Origin: Nitrososphaerota archaeon
GTDB lineage: Archaea; Thermoproteota; Nitrososphaeria_A; Caldarchaeales; Caldarchaeaceae
Length of the DNA: 64,000 nt
Assembly: GCA_041641305.1 (NCBI GenBank)
Contig: JBEPYN010000001.1
Location: 640,001 to 704,000, forward strand
Direction of reading: 5' to 3'
This document shows, in pieces, positions 27,692-37,072 of this stretch (positions are counted from its first letter, which is position 1; the number at the start of each line of letters is the position of its first letter). The notes below the pieces were generated by a model, which searched no databases, was not told where the DNA came from, and saw nothing but the letters and a program-made list of their open reading frames with translations. A program made the position numbers and the translations under genes.

Positions 27692-28981
27692 TTACTTGAA
27701 CTGGTGGTTCTCGGTTGATTCGGCGAGGGCGGAGACCGCTTCCTTTCCCTCTATAGCCATCAAGACCTCGTCGTAGTAGTGGACGCCGACGAAGCGTTGA
27801 TGCTTGAAGGCTCTGTATCCCGTTTTCTCCAGCTCCGTCTCATGTGCCTGGAAGTTGGCGTAGGCCACCATGCCTTCTTCGGCGAGCTTCTTCGCCAGCT
27901 CATACATCGATGCGTTAAGCGTGTGGAAACCGGCAAGGGTTATGAACTGGAACTTGTAGCCCATCTGGCCGAGCTTTTTGTTGAACTCACGCAGCGTGTC
28001 GCCGTCGACAACCTTTAGCCAGTTGAACGAGGGGGACATGTTGTAGGCGAGGAGTTTGCCGGGATATTTTCGGTGAATTGCGTCAGCGAATTTTTTAGCT
28101 TCTTCTAGAGAGGGCTTCGATGTCTCGAACCACAGCATGTCGGCGTAGGGTGCGTAGGCGAGGCCACGCTGTATAGCCATGTCTAGGGCCGTGCCTGGCT
28201 TGAGCTCGAAGTATCCTTCGCTGGTGCGGCTGCCTGTCAGAAACTCTCTGTCAACTGGGTCTGCGTCGCTTGTGATAAACTGTGCGCCTATCGAGTCGGT
28301 TCTCGCTATAATGATTGATGGAACTCCTAAGACGTCGGCCGCCAGACGCGCTGCCGAGAGAATACTTATGAAGCGTTTGGTGGGGATGAGGACTTTTCCG
28401 CCTAGGTGTCCGCATCTCCTCTCGCTGGGGGACTGGTCCTCGAAATGTACTCCTGCTGCGCCGGCCTCTATCATGGCTTTCATCAGCTCGTAGGCGTGGA
28501 GTGGCCCTCCGAACCCTGCTTCTCCGTCGGCGACTATAGGTGCCATGTAGTCGATTTTGCTGGGCCTGTTTTCGAGATGCTGTATTTGGTCCGCCCTCTG
28601 TAGTGCTTTGACGATTTTTCTGACGAGGTCGGGTGTGCTGCTGGAGGGGTAGAGGCCGAGGTCTGGATACATGTTGCCGCTCTGGTTGTTGTCCGCCGCG
28701 ACCTGCCAGCCGCTGACATAGATGGCTTTGATGCCTGCTTCAACCAGCTGTATGGCTTGGTTGCCTGTCAGAGCTCCGGCGGTGAAGATGTAGTCTGAGG
28801 TGTGCAGCATTTGCCAAAACTTTTCCGACGTGACACGGGCATAGGTGCAGTCGAGTTTCCATGTTCCACGCAGCTTCAACACATCCTCCGCGGAGTATTT
28901 CCGCGTCACACCGCTCCATCGCTGGGTCCTCCAAACCTTCTCCAGCTCCTCAGGTGTATCAGCCATCAGTAACGGGTTCAT
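27692..28981 (-). CDS. aceA: Isocitrate lyase
   Basis: YVSGWQVAAD, MYPD, DGEAGFGG, HFEDQ..(RR)CGHLGGKVL, ARTD, LWFET, YNMSPSFNW, QFITLAGFH. Confidence 0.96.
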   Translation of the reverse strand: MNPLLMADTPEELEKVWRTQRWSGVTRKYSAEDVLKLRGTWKLDCTYARVTSEKFWQMLHTSDYIFTAGALTGNQAIQLVEAGIKAIYVSGWQVAADNNQSGNMYPDLGLYPSSSTPDLVRKIVKALQRADQIQHLENRPSKIDYMAPIVADGEAGFGGPLHAYELMKAMIEAGAAGVHFEDQSPSERRCGHLGGKVLIPTKRFISILSAARLAADVLGVPSIIIARTDSIGAQFITSDADPVDREFLTGSRTSEGYFELKPGTALDMAIQRGLAYAPYADMLWFETSKPSLEEAKKFADAIHRKYPGKLLAYNMSPSFNWLKVVDGDTLREFNKKLGQMGYKFQFITLAGFHTLNASMYELAKKLAEEGMVAYANFQAHETELEKTGYRAFKHQRFVGVHYYDEVLMAIEGKEAVSALAESTENHQFK

Positions 28982-29095
28982 GTCTGGGTTTGTTTTAGCA
29001 GCATGTGGGTTATTTATACATATCTCACGTAAAAAGCGGTTAGATAACTATACATAATGCATAAATTACGAAGGATATGTTTACTATGCATGTTT

Positions 29096-30082
29096 ATGCG
29101 TACGATTCAGAAGACGGCCGGGGGGACTTACACTGTCTCTCTTCCTAAGCAGATGGTCAAGTCTCTTGGGTTGGATAAGAAGCATGTTGTGCGGGTTACG
29201 GTTGAGGATGATAGGATTGTTTTGACGCCTGCCACTATCCGGCAGACTGTTCAGAGTAGGAGGATTAATACGGAGGAGCTGCGGGACCCGAAGCTGCTGG
29301 GCCTCGCTATAGTCAACAGCTACATCATGGGCCATGATGTTGCAGAGGTTGTGTCGGAGGGGAAGATGCACCCCCTCATGAAGAAAGCTGTCCGCGAGGC
29401 TGTGGAGAACATGATTGGGGTTGAGATTGTGGAGGATTATGCAGACCGTGTGGTGCTTCAGACTTTCCTAGATCCCACCAAGTTCGAGCTGGATAAGCTT
29501 CTGGATAAGTTTACACAGTTTTCACGTGCGGTTATGCGTGATGCGGCCAAAGCCCTCAGCCTCGGCGACAAAACATTAGCCCATGACGCGTATGAGCGTG
29601 GTGTTGAGTTGACGAAGCATTATAGGCTGTTGATGCGTGTGTGTTTTCAGGCGCTGCATAGCACGGTTGTCCGCGAGGCTGTTAAGGTCCGTGACACATC
29701 GAGCCTCGTGGTCAGGATTATTGCTGTGAGGGAGCTGGGGCGTGTGGCATATTACTGTATGCGGATGGCTGAGAGGGTTGAGGAGATTGGAAGGGTTGAG
29801 GGCGAGTTGGCGGCGACGGTTGAGGAGATGGTTGCGCTGGTGGATAAGATGCTCGACGATGCTTTGACAGCTTTGCTGAGGCATGACCTAACACTCGCAA
29901 GCGAGGTCATCGACAGAATGGAGAACGTCCGCACACTATACACAAAAGCATTCAAGCAAATCATTAGAAAACCCGAGAAAGAGGCCAACATCCTCGGCCT
30001 CATTATAAGGGCCGTGAGAGCGATAGCCGGATACGGCGTAGCTTTGGCGGATGACGCCATCCTTGAAATCTTCTCCCGCTGA
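29096..30082 (+). CDS. AbrB/SpoVT-PhoU domain regulator
   Basis: RTIQKTAGGTYTVSLPK (AbrB), SYIMGHD, GVEIVED, PhoU-like helical repeats. Confidence 0.87.
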   Translation: MRTIQKTAGGTYTVSLPKQMVKSLGLDKKHVVRVTVEDDRIVLTPATIRQTVQSRRINTEELRDPKLLGLAIVNSYIMGHDVAEVVSEGKMHPLMKKAVREAVENMIGVEIVEDYADRVVLQTFLDPTKFELDKLLDKFTQFSRAVMRDAAKALSLGDKTLAHDAYERGVELTKHYRLLMRVCFQALHSTVVREAVKVRDTSSLVVRIIAVRELGRVAYYCMRMAERVEEIGRVEGELAATVEEMVALVDKMLDDALTALLRHDLTLASEVIDRMENVRTLYTKAFKQIIRKPEKEANILGLIIRAVRAIAGYGVALADDAILEIFSR

Positions 30083-30131
30083 AGTATCATGAGAAAGCTT
30101 ATTTGCAAGTCAACGCCTATTTGATCAAGAA

Positions 30132-30938
30132 TTGACCCAGACAATTGTACAAAAGCCATTTGATTCGCCGCGTGTAATATACTGCGGCGACCGCGAGCTC
30201 TACCTTTTCTCGGTTGAGCTCGTGGACAGGCCCGGCGCGTTGGCTGAAGCTGTGGCGATTTTCTCCACATACGGCATAAACATAGTAAGCGTATACACCA
30301 CTGAAACCAATTATCGGGAGGATCGTCCAACAGTTGAGGTGAATATAGTGGTGGATCTTACCGGGAAAAACGTTTCCGCTGAGCAGCTGGCCAAAAGCCT
30401 CAACTTGCTAACCTCAGTTAAACGAGTGACCATAGTTTCCAAGCAGCTTCCCAACATTTTGGTGGATGAGCTTCATTTTCCGCTCCATGTTGCGGGGGAC
30501 AGAGCCGTCATCTACAGGGATGGCGCATATGGGGAAATGATCCAAGCCCTTCGCCGCCAGCTTGGTGCGGCGGGTGAAGCGCTACTATACCACGTGGGGT
30601 TAAACATAGGAAAAGGCGCTTGGAAGAAAATCAAGGAAATCTGCGGAGAAAAACTGCATCTCCTACCCAAATATATTCAGTATTGGAATCTCATTCACAG
30701 CGCCGCACGCATAACACATATCGAAATCGACTTTGAGAAAAAAGATTTCCTCATACGGGCTGAGTCTGTTTACGAGTGTGAGATTGGACGGGGCCATGGC
30801 AAACCGTTTAGCAACATTTTCCGCGGCAGCCTCGCGGGCATGCTACAGGAGACTCTGGGCGTAGAGACTGTTGTGGAGACCAAGTGTATCGCGGCGGGCG
30901 ACCCCTACTGCGAGTTTGTTCCGGCGAAGAAATCTTAG
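30132..30938 (+). CDS. ACT + V4R domain protein
   Basis: DRPGALAE..F..GINI (ACT); YECE, RGSLAG, VETKCIAAGDPYCEF (V4R). Confidence 0.88.
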   Translation: MTQTIVQKPFDSPRVIYCGDRELYLFSVELVDRPGALAEAVAIFSTYGINIVSVYTTETNYREDRPTVEVNIVVDLTGKNVSAEQLAKSLNLLTSVKRVTIVSKQLPNILVDELHFPLHVAGDRAVIYRDGAYGEMIQALRRQLGAAGEALLYHVGLNIGKGAWKKIKEICGEKLHLLPKYIQYWNLIHSAARITHIEIDFEKKDFLIRAESVYECEIGRGHGKPFSNIFRGSLAGMLQETLGVETVVETKCIAAGDPYCEFVPAKKS

Positions 30939-32197
30939 CTGCGGAGGCTGAGCGGCCTGGTCAAGTGTCGCCTGGCTGATACAGCGGCCTCGTAGACGCC
31001 TACGGAGAGCCGGCGGGGGACAACAGTTTTTACACTGGCCTCTGGAGGAAGCTTCTCACCACATCTCTCACATCTATAGCCCTTGTTCCTCCCCAGCGAC
31101 TCCATTCTCCTGCCACATCTTGGACAATTCGGCGGCCTCGTGACCATTTGTTCTGCGAGGCTTCTCACCTCTATTTTCTCGATGTTAAGCGTCAGCCCCT
31201 CCGGCTTCTCCTTCACAGCCCCCATAACCCTCACAACATCACCTTCGACAAGCTGCTGAACAACTTGTCTAAGCCCGCCTGTTGGCCGGTAAGCCGCGCA
31301 AACGATTTCACCACCCTCGTCAGCAACTCTGAAGAAAACATGCCCACCCTGTTTCACAAACGGCCTCCCCACAACCGTCCCCTCAACAACCACGTTTTGA
31401 TACGGCTTGAGCAACGGTATCCGCGACGGTATGTAATGCATGTCAGTGGCCTGGTTGGTCGCGAAGACCGTGAAAAACTCGATTTCCTCGTGGAACCTCA
31501 CCATCGAGAGACCTTTCAAAGCGTTTTCTGGAACGGTGGCCCTGACGCCTGCAAGGACAGGGCATGGTGTATGGGGAGTTATCCTGATTTCACCTGTCTC
31601 CGGGTCGTAGCTGTCGAAGGTGAGGCCGCTTCGGTGGAGCTCGATGACCGATGATGGGTCGAGGCGTCGCATGGTTCCCCAGTTGCTTGGAACACGGTAA
31701 GCGATGGCTTCGTAGGTCGGGTTCTCGAGCGGTAGGCCGATGGCTGCCAAGGCACCGATAACTCCCCTCCCGCCGTTGAACCTGTAAACCTCTGCTCCAT
31801 GTTTCTCGGCGAGCTCAACCGCTTCATCCAACCCAACAATCTCCCGCACAGCCCTCATCCCAAACATTTTCCACTCCTCAGGAACCTCCACACCTCTGTA
31901 AACAACCACACCCGGCTGCGTCTCCGCAAACCCCTTCTCATAAAACTCCTCAACAGTCTGGAGAACGGTTTCCACAGCCTTGTCCACCATGGTTTCGGAG
32001 ACTTTGAAGTGGAGGGAGACGGCGGCGTTTCCACGTGTTTTGAACGGGCAGTTGGGGTTAAGACGTATGAGACGGCTCAGCTCATGCTTCTCACACCCCT
32101 GCGCCAAAAGCCTCCGCTCAGCAACCGCCGCCACATACGTCGTGCACATCCCCCTAACCGAGTCCGTGTCATCGACACCTATCCAAAGCAGCGCCAC
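30935..32197 (-). CDS. tiaS: tRNA(Ile2) 2-agmatinylcytidine synthetase
   Basis: IGVDDTDS.GMCTTY, LIRLNPN.PFKTRGNAA, GRGVIGALAAIG, TPHTPCPVL, TNQATD, Zn ribbon CPRC..CERC. Start uncertain (ATG 32245 possible). Confidence 0.95.
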   Translation of the reverse strand: MALLWIGVDDTDSVRGMCTTYVAAVAERRLLAQGCEKHELSRLIRLNPNCPFKTRGNAAVSLHFKVSETMVDKAVETVLQTVEEFYEKGFAETQPGVVVYRGVEVPEEWKMFGMRAVREIVGLDEAVELAEKHGAEVYRFNGGRGVIGALAAIGLPLENPTYEAIAYRVPSNWGTMRRLDPSSVIELHRSGLTFDSYDPETGEIRITPHTPCPVLAGVRATVPENALKGLSMVRFHEEIEFFTVFATNQATDMHYIPSRIPLLKPYQNVVVEGTVVGRPFVKQGGHVFFRVADEGGEIVCAAYRPTGGLRQVVQQLVEGDVVRVMGAVKEKPEGLTLNIEKIEVRSLAEQMVTRPPNCPRCGRRMESLGRNKGYRCERCGEKLPPEASVKTVVPRRLSVGVYEAAVSARRHLTRPLSLRS

Positions 32198-32263
32198 AAC
32201 CACAACAACAGAATCCCCGCAAATAGATGTTGCGCGGTGAAGCATTAAATAACGCCGTTTTGA

Positions 32264-33433
32264 TTGTGTTGGTTGAAGGTGAGAGCCCTAATCACGGAAA
32301 CTGTTTCACTGTCTTTTGAGGAGATTAAGAGGTATGGACGGCACCTCATAATCCCAGAGGTGGGTATGGCGGGTCAGAAGAAGCTGAAGAGCGCTAAAGT
32401 GCTTGTTGTCGGCGCCGGAGGCCTCGGCTCACCCATCTCGCTCTACCTCGCCGCCGCCGGAGTAGGCAAAATAGGGCTGGTCGACTTCGACCTCGTCGAC
32501 GAAAGCAACCTCCAGCGACAGGTTCTCTACACAGCCAAGGACGTTAAGAGGCCCAAACTCGAGGTGGCGAAGGAAAGGCTGACGGCCTTGAACCCCCACA
32601 TCGAGGTCGAGACATATGAGACGAGGCTGACCTCGGAAAACGCCTTGGACATCATAAAGGAGTATGACATCGTCGTCGACGGCACGGACAACTTTCCGAC
32701 GCGGTATCTCGTGAACGATGCATGCGTCCTCCTCGGAAAACCAAACGTCTACGGCAGCATTTTCAGGTTTGATGGACAGGTCTCTGTTTTTGATGCGCGG
32801 AGAGGCCCGTGCTACAGGTGTCTTTACCCCGAGCCGCCGCCGCCTGGTCTTGTTCCAAGCTGTGCCGAGGGGGGTGTGCTGGGTGTTTTGCCGGGCGTCA
32901 TAGGCGCATTACAAGCCATGGAGACGATTAAGCTGATCATCGGCATCGGCGAGCCGTTGATAGGGAGGCTTCTTCTCTTCGACGGCCTCCACATGTCCTT
33001 CACGGAGCTGAAGCTGCGAAAAGACCCCAACTGCGTCATCTGCGGCCCCAACCCGCGGATACACGAGCTGATAGACTATGAGGCCTTCTGCGGCGTAACA
33101 CCTTCAACCGACACAGGCATGCACATAACGCCCGAGGAGCTTCACCAGAAGCTGCAGAGAGGTGAGAAGGTGTTTCTCCTCGACGTCCGCGAACCCGTCG
33201 AATACGAGATATGCCATCTCGAGAACGCCGTCCTCATACCGTTGTCCAAGCTACCCGAGCACGTCAACAAGCTCAGCCTAACCGATGAAATCGTCGCCTA
33301 CTGCCACACAGGTGTGCGCAGCAGCATGGCCGTCAAGCTCCTCCGCGACCTCGGGTTCACCCGTGTGAAAAACCTCGCAGGCGGAATAGATGCATGGGCC
33401 GAGCGCGTAGATCCAAGCATGCCTAGGTACTAG
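32264..33433 (+). CDS. moeB: E1-like adenylyltransferase with C-terminal rhodanese (MoeB/MoeZ/UbaA type)
   Basis: RYGRHL, GAGGLG, SNLQRQ, DGTDNF, PCYRCL, SCAEGGV, CVIC, rhodanese YCHTGVRS, LAGGIDAW. Confidence 0.92.
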   Translation: MCWLKVRALITETVSLSFEEIKRYGRHLIIPEVGMAGQKKLKSAKVLVVGAGGLGSPISLYLAAAGVGKIGLVDFDLVDESNLQRQVLYTAKDVKRPKLEVAKERLTALNPHIEVETYETRLTSENALDIIKEYDIVVDGTDNFPTRYLVNDACVLLGKPNVYGSIFRFDGQVSVFDARRGPCYRCLYPEPPPPGLVPSCAEGGVLGVLPGVIGALQAMETIKLIIGIGEPLIGRLLLFDGLHMSFTELKLRKDPNCVICGPNPRIHELIDYEAFCGVTPSTDTGMHITPEELHQKLQRGEKVFLLDVREPVEYEICHLENAVLIPLSKLPEHVNKLSLTDEIVAYCHTGVRSSMAVKLLRDLGFTRVKNLAGGIDAWAERVDPSMPRY

Positions 33434-34532
33434 GCGGCGGAGGCGGAGGAGGAAGAGCAGGCGGAGAGCGCCACATTCTTCTCCTCGACAAACCATATGA
33501 AAACGCTGCAACAACTGCGGCGAGAATGAGGAAAGCCTCCGCGTAGGCGATGTTTCGGTGCAGTAGGTTTTCGTCGCTTAGCATGCTGTAGCGGAGACGG
33601 AGGTCGGCGAGCTCCCTGCTTCTCTCATCGAGCTGAGACTGCAGGTAGCCTATCTGCTGCTTAGCAGACTCGTGCCGCGTAACCAACACATCATAGAGCT
33701 CGTGTAGCTGGTTGAAAGAAGCCTGCAACATGCTATATTCCTTGGTGAGGTTACGATAATCGTGGAGAAGCTGTTGATAGCTTGCGGAGAGCGCCTCGTT
33801 TTCTCTGCTCAGCATCTCGTAGCTGGCCTGTAACGCTTTCAACTCACCAACAGTGGCCACATACCTATCATTCAGCCGCCGGTATTCATCCGACATGGTT
33901 TGGATACGTTGCTCAAGCCGCTGAATCTCCTCCATGGAGCTGTTCAGACGTGTCGTGAGCGTTGCCGCAGTGTTGAGAGCCTCTTCGAGACGGTTCCTGA
34001 GCATGTTTATTTCTGTTTCAAGGTTTTGGATGGTTGCGCGCAGCTGGTTTATCTGCTGTTGTGCGTTGTTGAGCTCGTTTAACAGGTCTTGGTATGTTCG
34101 CGTGCTGACTGTTGCGATGTGCCATGTATGTGTTAGTGGCTGGTATGTTGTTTCGCGTGTGTAGTTGGCGAAGAACGTTGCTGTGACCACGGGGTCACGT
34201 CGCTGCACGTTGGGCACGCAGATGCTGTAGGTTTTGACGATGTTGCCGCCCGAGGAATATAGTGTCGGCGTGGAGACAACGTTGTCCACCAGGAGCGTGG
34301 TTGTCCCGGCTTCTGACGTGTAGCTCACCTTCAACCACATCCTTTCCACGTCAACATCCCCCAGAAAAGTAACCTGAAAAACCAAGGTGAAGCAATCCCC
34401 TACACGCAGCTCAACCGGATAACTCAACACAACCTTAAGCCTCGCATCGTCAACAAGCGAGGAAAAACCATCCGCCCCCGCCAACGGCAACAACAAAACC
34501 AACACCAAAAACGATAGAACAAAGAGCCTCAT
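33423..34532 (-). CDS. Membrane-anchored surface protein: signal peptide, beta-rich head, long coiled coil, TM, polyproline tail
   Basis: MRLFVLSFLVLVLLLPLAGA signal; long heptad region; TM AFLILAAVVAAFSYGL; tail RRRMWRSPPALPPPPPPPST. Confidence 0.8.
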   Translation of the reverse strand: MRLFVLSFLVLVLLLPLAGADGFSSLVDDARLKVVLSYPVELRVGDCFTLVFQVTFLGDVDVERMWLKVSYTSEAGTTTLLVDNVVSTPTLYSSGGNIVKTYSICVPNVQRRDPVVTATFFANYTRETTYQPLTHTWHIATVSTRTYQDLLNELNNAQQQINQLRATIQNLETEINMLRNRLEEALNTAATLTTRLNSSMEEIQRLEQRIQTMSDEYRRLNDRYVATVGELKALQASYEMLSRENEALSASYQQLLHDYRNLTKEYSMLQASFNQLHELYDVLVTRHESAKQQIGYLQSQLDERSRELADLRLRYSMLSDENLLHRNIAYAEAFLILAAVVAAFSYGLSRRRMWRSPPALPPPPPPPST

Positions 34533-34607
34533 ACAAAAAGGCTCTACACGGCGGCCTATAAGCTCTGTCAAAAAATTGTTTAAAAACAGGAGACGCATCT
34601 CGTTTTT

Positions 34608-35429
34608 GTGCAGAGAAGCGTTCTCGAGGAGCTGCTGGACATCGACTATGACGAGACCGCCTCCGCTATTCAGGGGTTTATCGCGGAGAGGCTGCGGCTA
34701 AGCGGTGCTTCGGGGCTTGTTCTCGGTCTCAGCGGCGGAGTTGACTCGAGTGTCGTGGCGGCGTTGTGTACACGGGCTGTTCCGCGGGAGAAGATTCTGG
34801 GACTAATCATGCCGACCGGTTTCACACCTGATCAGGATGTCGCCGACGCACTAGCTCTCGCAGAAAAACTCGGCATATCCACGCGATACATATCAATCGA
34901 CCCTATTGTTCAAAGCTACGCTGAGCGTCTTGGCGTTGGAGTTGATGAGCCTGGTGCGAGAATGGCTTATGCAAACCTAAGGGCCAGAATAAGGATGACG
35001 CTCCTCTATTTCCAAGCAAACCTCCACAACATGCTCGTGGTGGGGACGGGTGATAGGAGCGAGCTTCTCCTCGGATACTACACCAAGTATGGAGACGGCG
35101 GGGTTGACATTCTACCGATAGCTGGACTGTATAAGACACAGGTCAGAAGGCTCGGCCAAGCTCTTGGCTTACCAGAGCAGATAGTGAATAAGCCCAGCAG
35201 CCCCCAGCTCTACCCCGGACACAGAGCAATAGACGAGTTGCCCGGCGACTACACCATCCTCGACCCCATACTCTACCTACTCTTCGACAAAAAACATTCA
35301 CCGCAACAGGTTGTCGAGAAAGGATTTGAGAAACGGGTTGTGGACGCGGTTTTGGCAAGGTATGAGGGCAGTTTTCACAAACGGGAGATGCCTCCCACAG
35401 GACCTAGACCGGTTCCCGTCACTCGATAA
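34608..35429 (+). CDS. nadE: NH3-dependent NAD+ synthetase
   Basis: GLSGGVDS, NLRARIRM, GTGDRSE, GYYTKYGDG, LYKTQV, KPSSP. Confidence 0.96.
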   Translation: MQRSVLEELLDIDYDETASAIQGFIAERLRLSGASGLVLGLSGGVDSSVVAALCTRAVPREKILGLIMPTGFTPDQDVADALALAEKLGISTRYISIDPIVQSYAERLGVGVDEPGARMAYANLRARIRMTLLYFQANLHNMLVVGTGDRSELLLGYYTKYGDGGVDILPIAGLYKTQVRRLGQALGLPEQIVNKPSSPQLYPGHRAIDELPGDYTILDPILYLLFDKKHSPQQVVEKGFEKRVVDAVLARYEGSFHKREMPPTGPRPVPVTR

Positions 35430-36639
35430 ACTCGCGGCCGATGACTTCACGGGCCACTATCAGCTTCAGGATGTTCTCGGCGCCCTCTGCTCCGACGACG
35501 TAGCTGAAGGCCGCGAGCCAAGCCCTGAAAATCGGTGTTTCCTTGAAGTAGGATGCGCCGCCATAGATTTTCATCACTTCCTCGCCTATGTCGACGGAGA
35601 GTGATGCGCATCGGAGCTTTGCCATGGCTCCGAGTTTGGCGACGTCCCCGAGTGTGCCTACACCGTCTCTGTAGTATCGGTCGGCTGTCCACGCAGCCTT
35701 GTAGCTCAGTAGTTTGGCCGCCTCTAGTGCTGAGGCGAATTCGGCTATTTTGAGGCTGATGCCTTGGTAGGCTGCTATCGGTTTTCCAAACACTTTTCTC
35801 GTCCTAACCCATTCAACGGCCCTCTCCATCAGCCACTCGGCGCATCCAACACACACCGCTCCAATCATGGTTCTCGCAAGGTTGAAGCCCTCCATCGCGA
35901 TCTTGAAGCCACCGTTCACCTCACCCACTCTATAGACATCATCCACCTCCACATTCTCAAACGTAAGCACAGATGTGTCGAGACCTCTTCGCGCAAACTC
36001 TGTCCACGGCTTGTAGCGGATACCTTTCGTCAACACACCGTTCTTCTTCATCAACAGCAGGAAGTCTGTTATCGTGCGGTGTTTGAGGCCGGGGTCGCCG
36101 CTTCTCGCTATCAGAAACCAGCCGCCGCCCCACGGCATCTTCTCAATAACCGTGGGAAGCGAGACCATCGACTTCTCACCCGATATCAGCCATTTTCCAT
36201 CACCTCTCCTCTCGGCCCTGACCTGCACAGACGCGACATCGCTTCCACCATGGGCCTCCGTGCTAGCTATTCCTATGGCGGCTTCGCCCGCCGCAACACG
36301 TGGAAGAACCTCCTGCTTCGCCTCCTCCAAACCATATCTCTGAATGATGTAGGGCCATGAACACTGTAGAAGATACATGACAGCAATCGATAATGCGGGG
36401 CCGTGGTAAGCGAGCTGCTCGGCGGCGATCGCCGCCTCTAGAAAAGACCCATCCTGTCCACCGTATTCGGATGAGATGGTCATCCCCATCAACCCGACCT
36501 CAGCCATCTTCTCGATAATCTCCCTGTCTATCTCACCCTTGTCATCCACCTCAATCCACCTAGGCTCGATAACTCTTTTGCAGAACTCTGAAACCTTGTC
36601 ACGGAGAAGCTGCTGCTCACTATTTAGACGGAAATCCAT
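35419..36639 (-). CDS. Acyl-CoA dehydrogenase family protein
   Basis: MDFRL..EQ, EYGG, STEAHGGSD, GEK, GEVNGGFKIAM, RKVFGKPI, GGASY, EGAENILK. Confidence 0.93.
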   Translation of the reverse strand: MDFRLNSEQQLLRDKVSEFCKRVIEPRWIEVDDKGEIDREIIEKMAEVGLMGMTISSEYGGQDGSFLEAAIAAEQLAYHGPALSIAVMYLLQCSWPYIIQRYGLEEAKQEVLPRVAAGEAAIGIASTEAHGGSDVASVQVRAERRGDGKWLISGEKSMVSLPTVIEKMPWGGGWFLIARSGDPGLKHRTITDFLLLMKKNGVLTKGIRYKPWTEFARRGLDTSVLTFENVEVDDVYRVGEVNGGFKIAMEGFNLARTMIGAVCVGCAEWLMERAVEWVRTRKVFGKPIAAYQGISLKIAEFASALEAAKLLSYKAAWTADRYYRDGVGTLGDVAKLGAMAKLRCASLSVDIGEEVMKIYGGASYFKETPIFRAWLAAFSYVVGAEGAENILKLIVAREVIGREFIE

Positions 36640-36671
36640 GAAAATATGGTTTAGGCAGCACTATTTTTGGT

Positions 36672-36956
36672 TCATGGCCTCTCCACAACTATTTTCATGT
36701 AGCTGATGCGGCGGGTTTTGCCGTTGACCACAAACTCCTCGCTCCATGTGGAGATATCCTTTATCCGCAGGTTTTGGTGAAATGATTTGCGTAAAAGCTC
36801 GACGGTGTCCACACAGAGTGGGATGTTTTTTCCGCGTGCAACAAGCTCAACCTCCTTACTTCCCCTGTTGAAAAGCACAATCGAAGCGGTAACATACCTA
36901 AACACAGGCTTCTTCCCCACTATGACTAGACGCGGACGCTGGGCGCCGGACGCCAT
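36672..36956 (-). CDS. albA: Alba (Sac10b) chromatin/RNA-binding protein
   Basis: VGKKPVFRYV, ARG.NI..VDTVE, SEEF, ISYMKI. Confidence 0.88.
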   Translation of the reverse strand: MASGAQRPRLVIVGKKPVFRYVTASIVLFNRGSKEVELVARGKNIPLCVDTVELLRKSFHQNLRIKDISTWSEEFVVNGKTRRISYMKIVVERP

Positions 36957-37072
36957 TACATCAATTAACTGAACTACGCTATTTAAGCTATCGGCATACA
37001 CCATGAAGGCCGCTTTTCAAGGCGTTTTCCACTAACACTTATATCCGGGTCAGCGAGCTGGGTTTGACTCAA

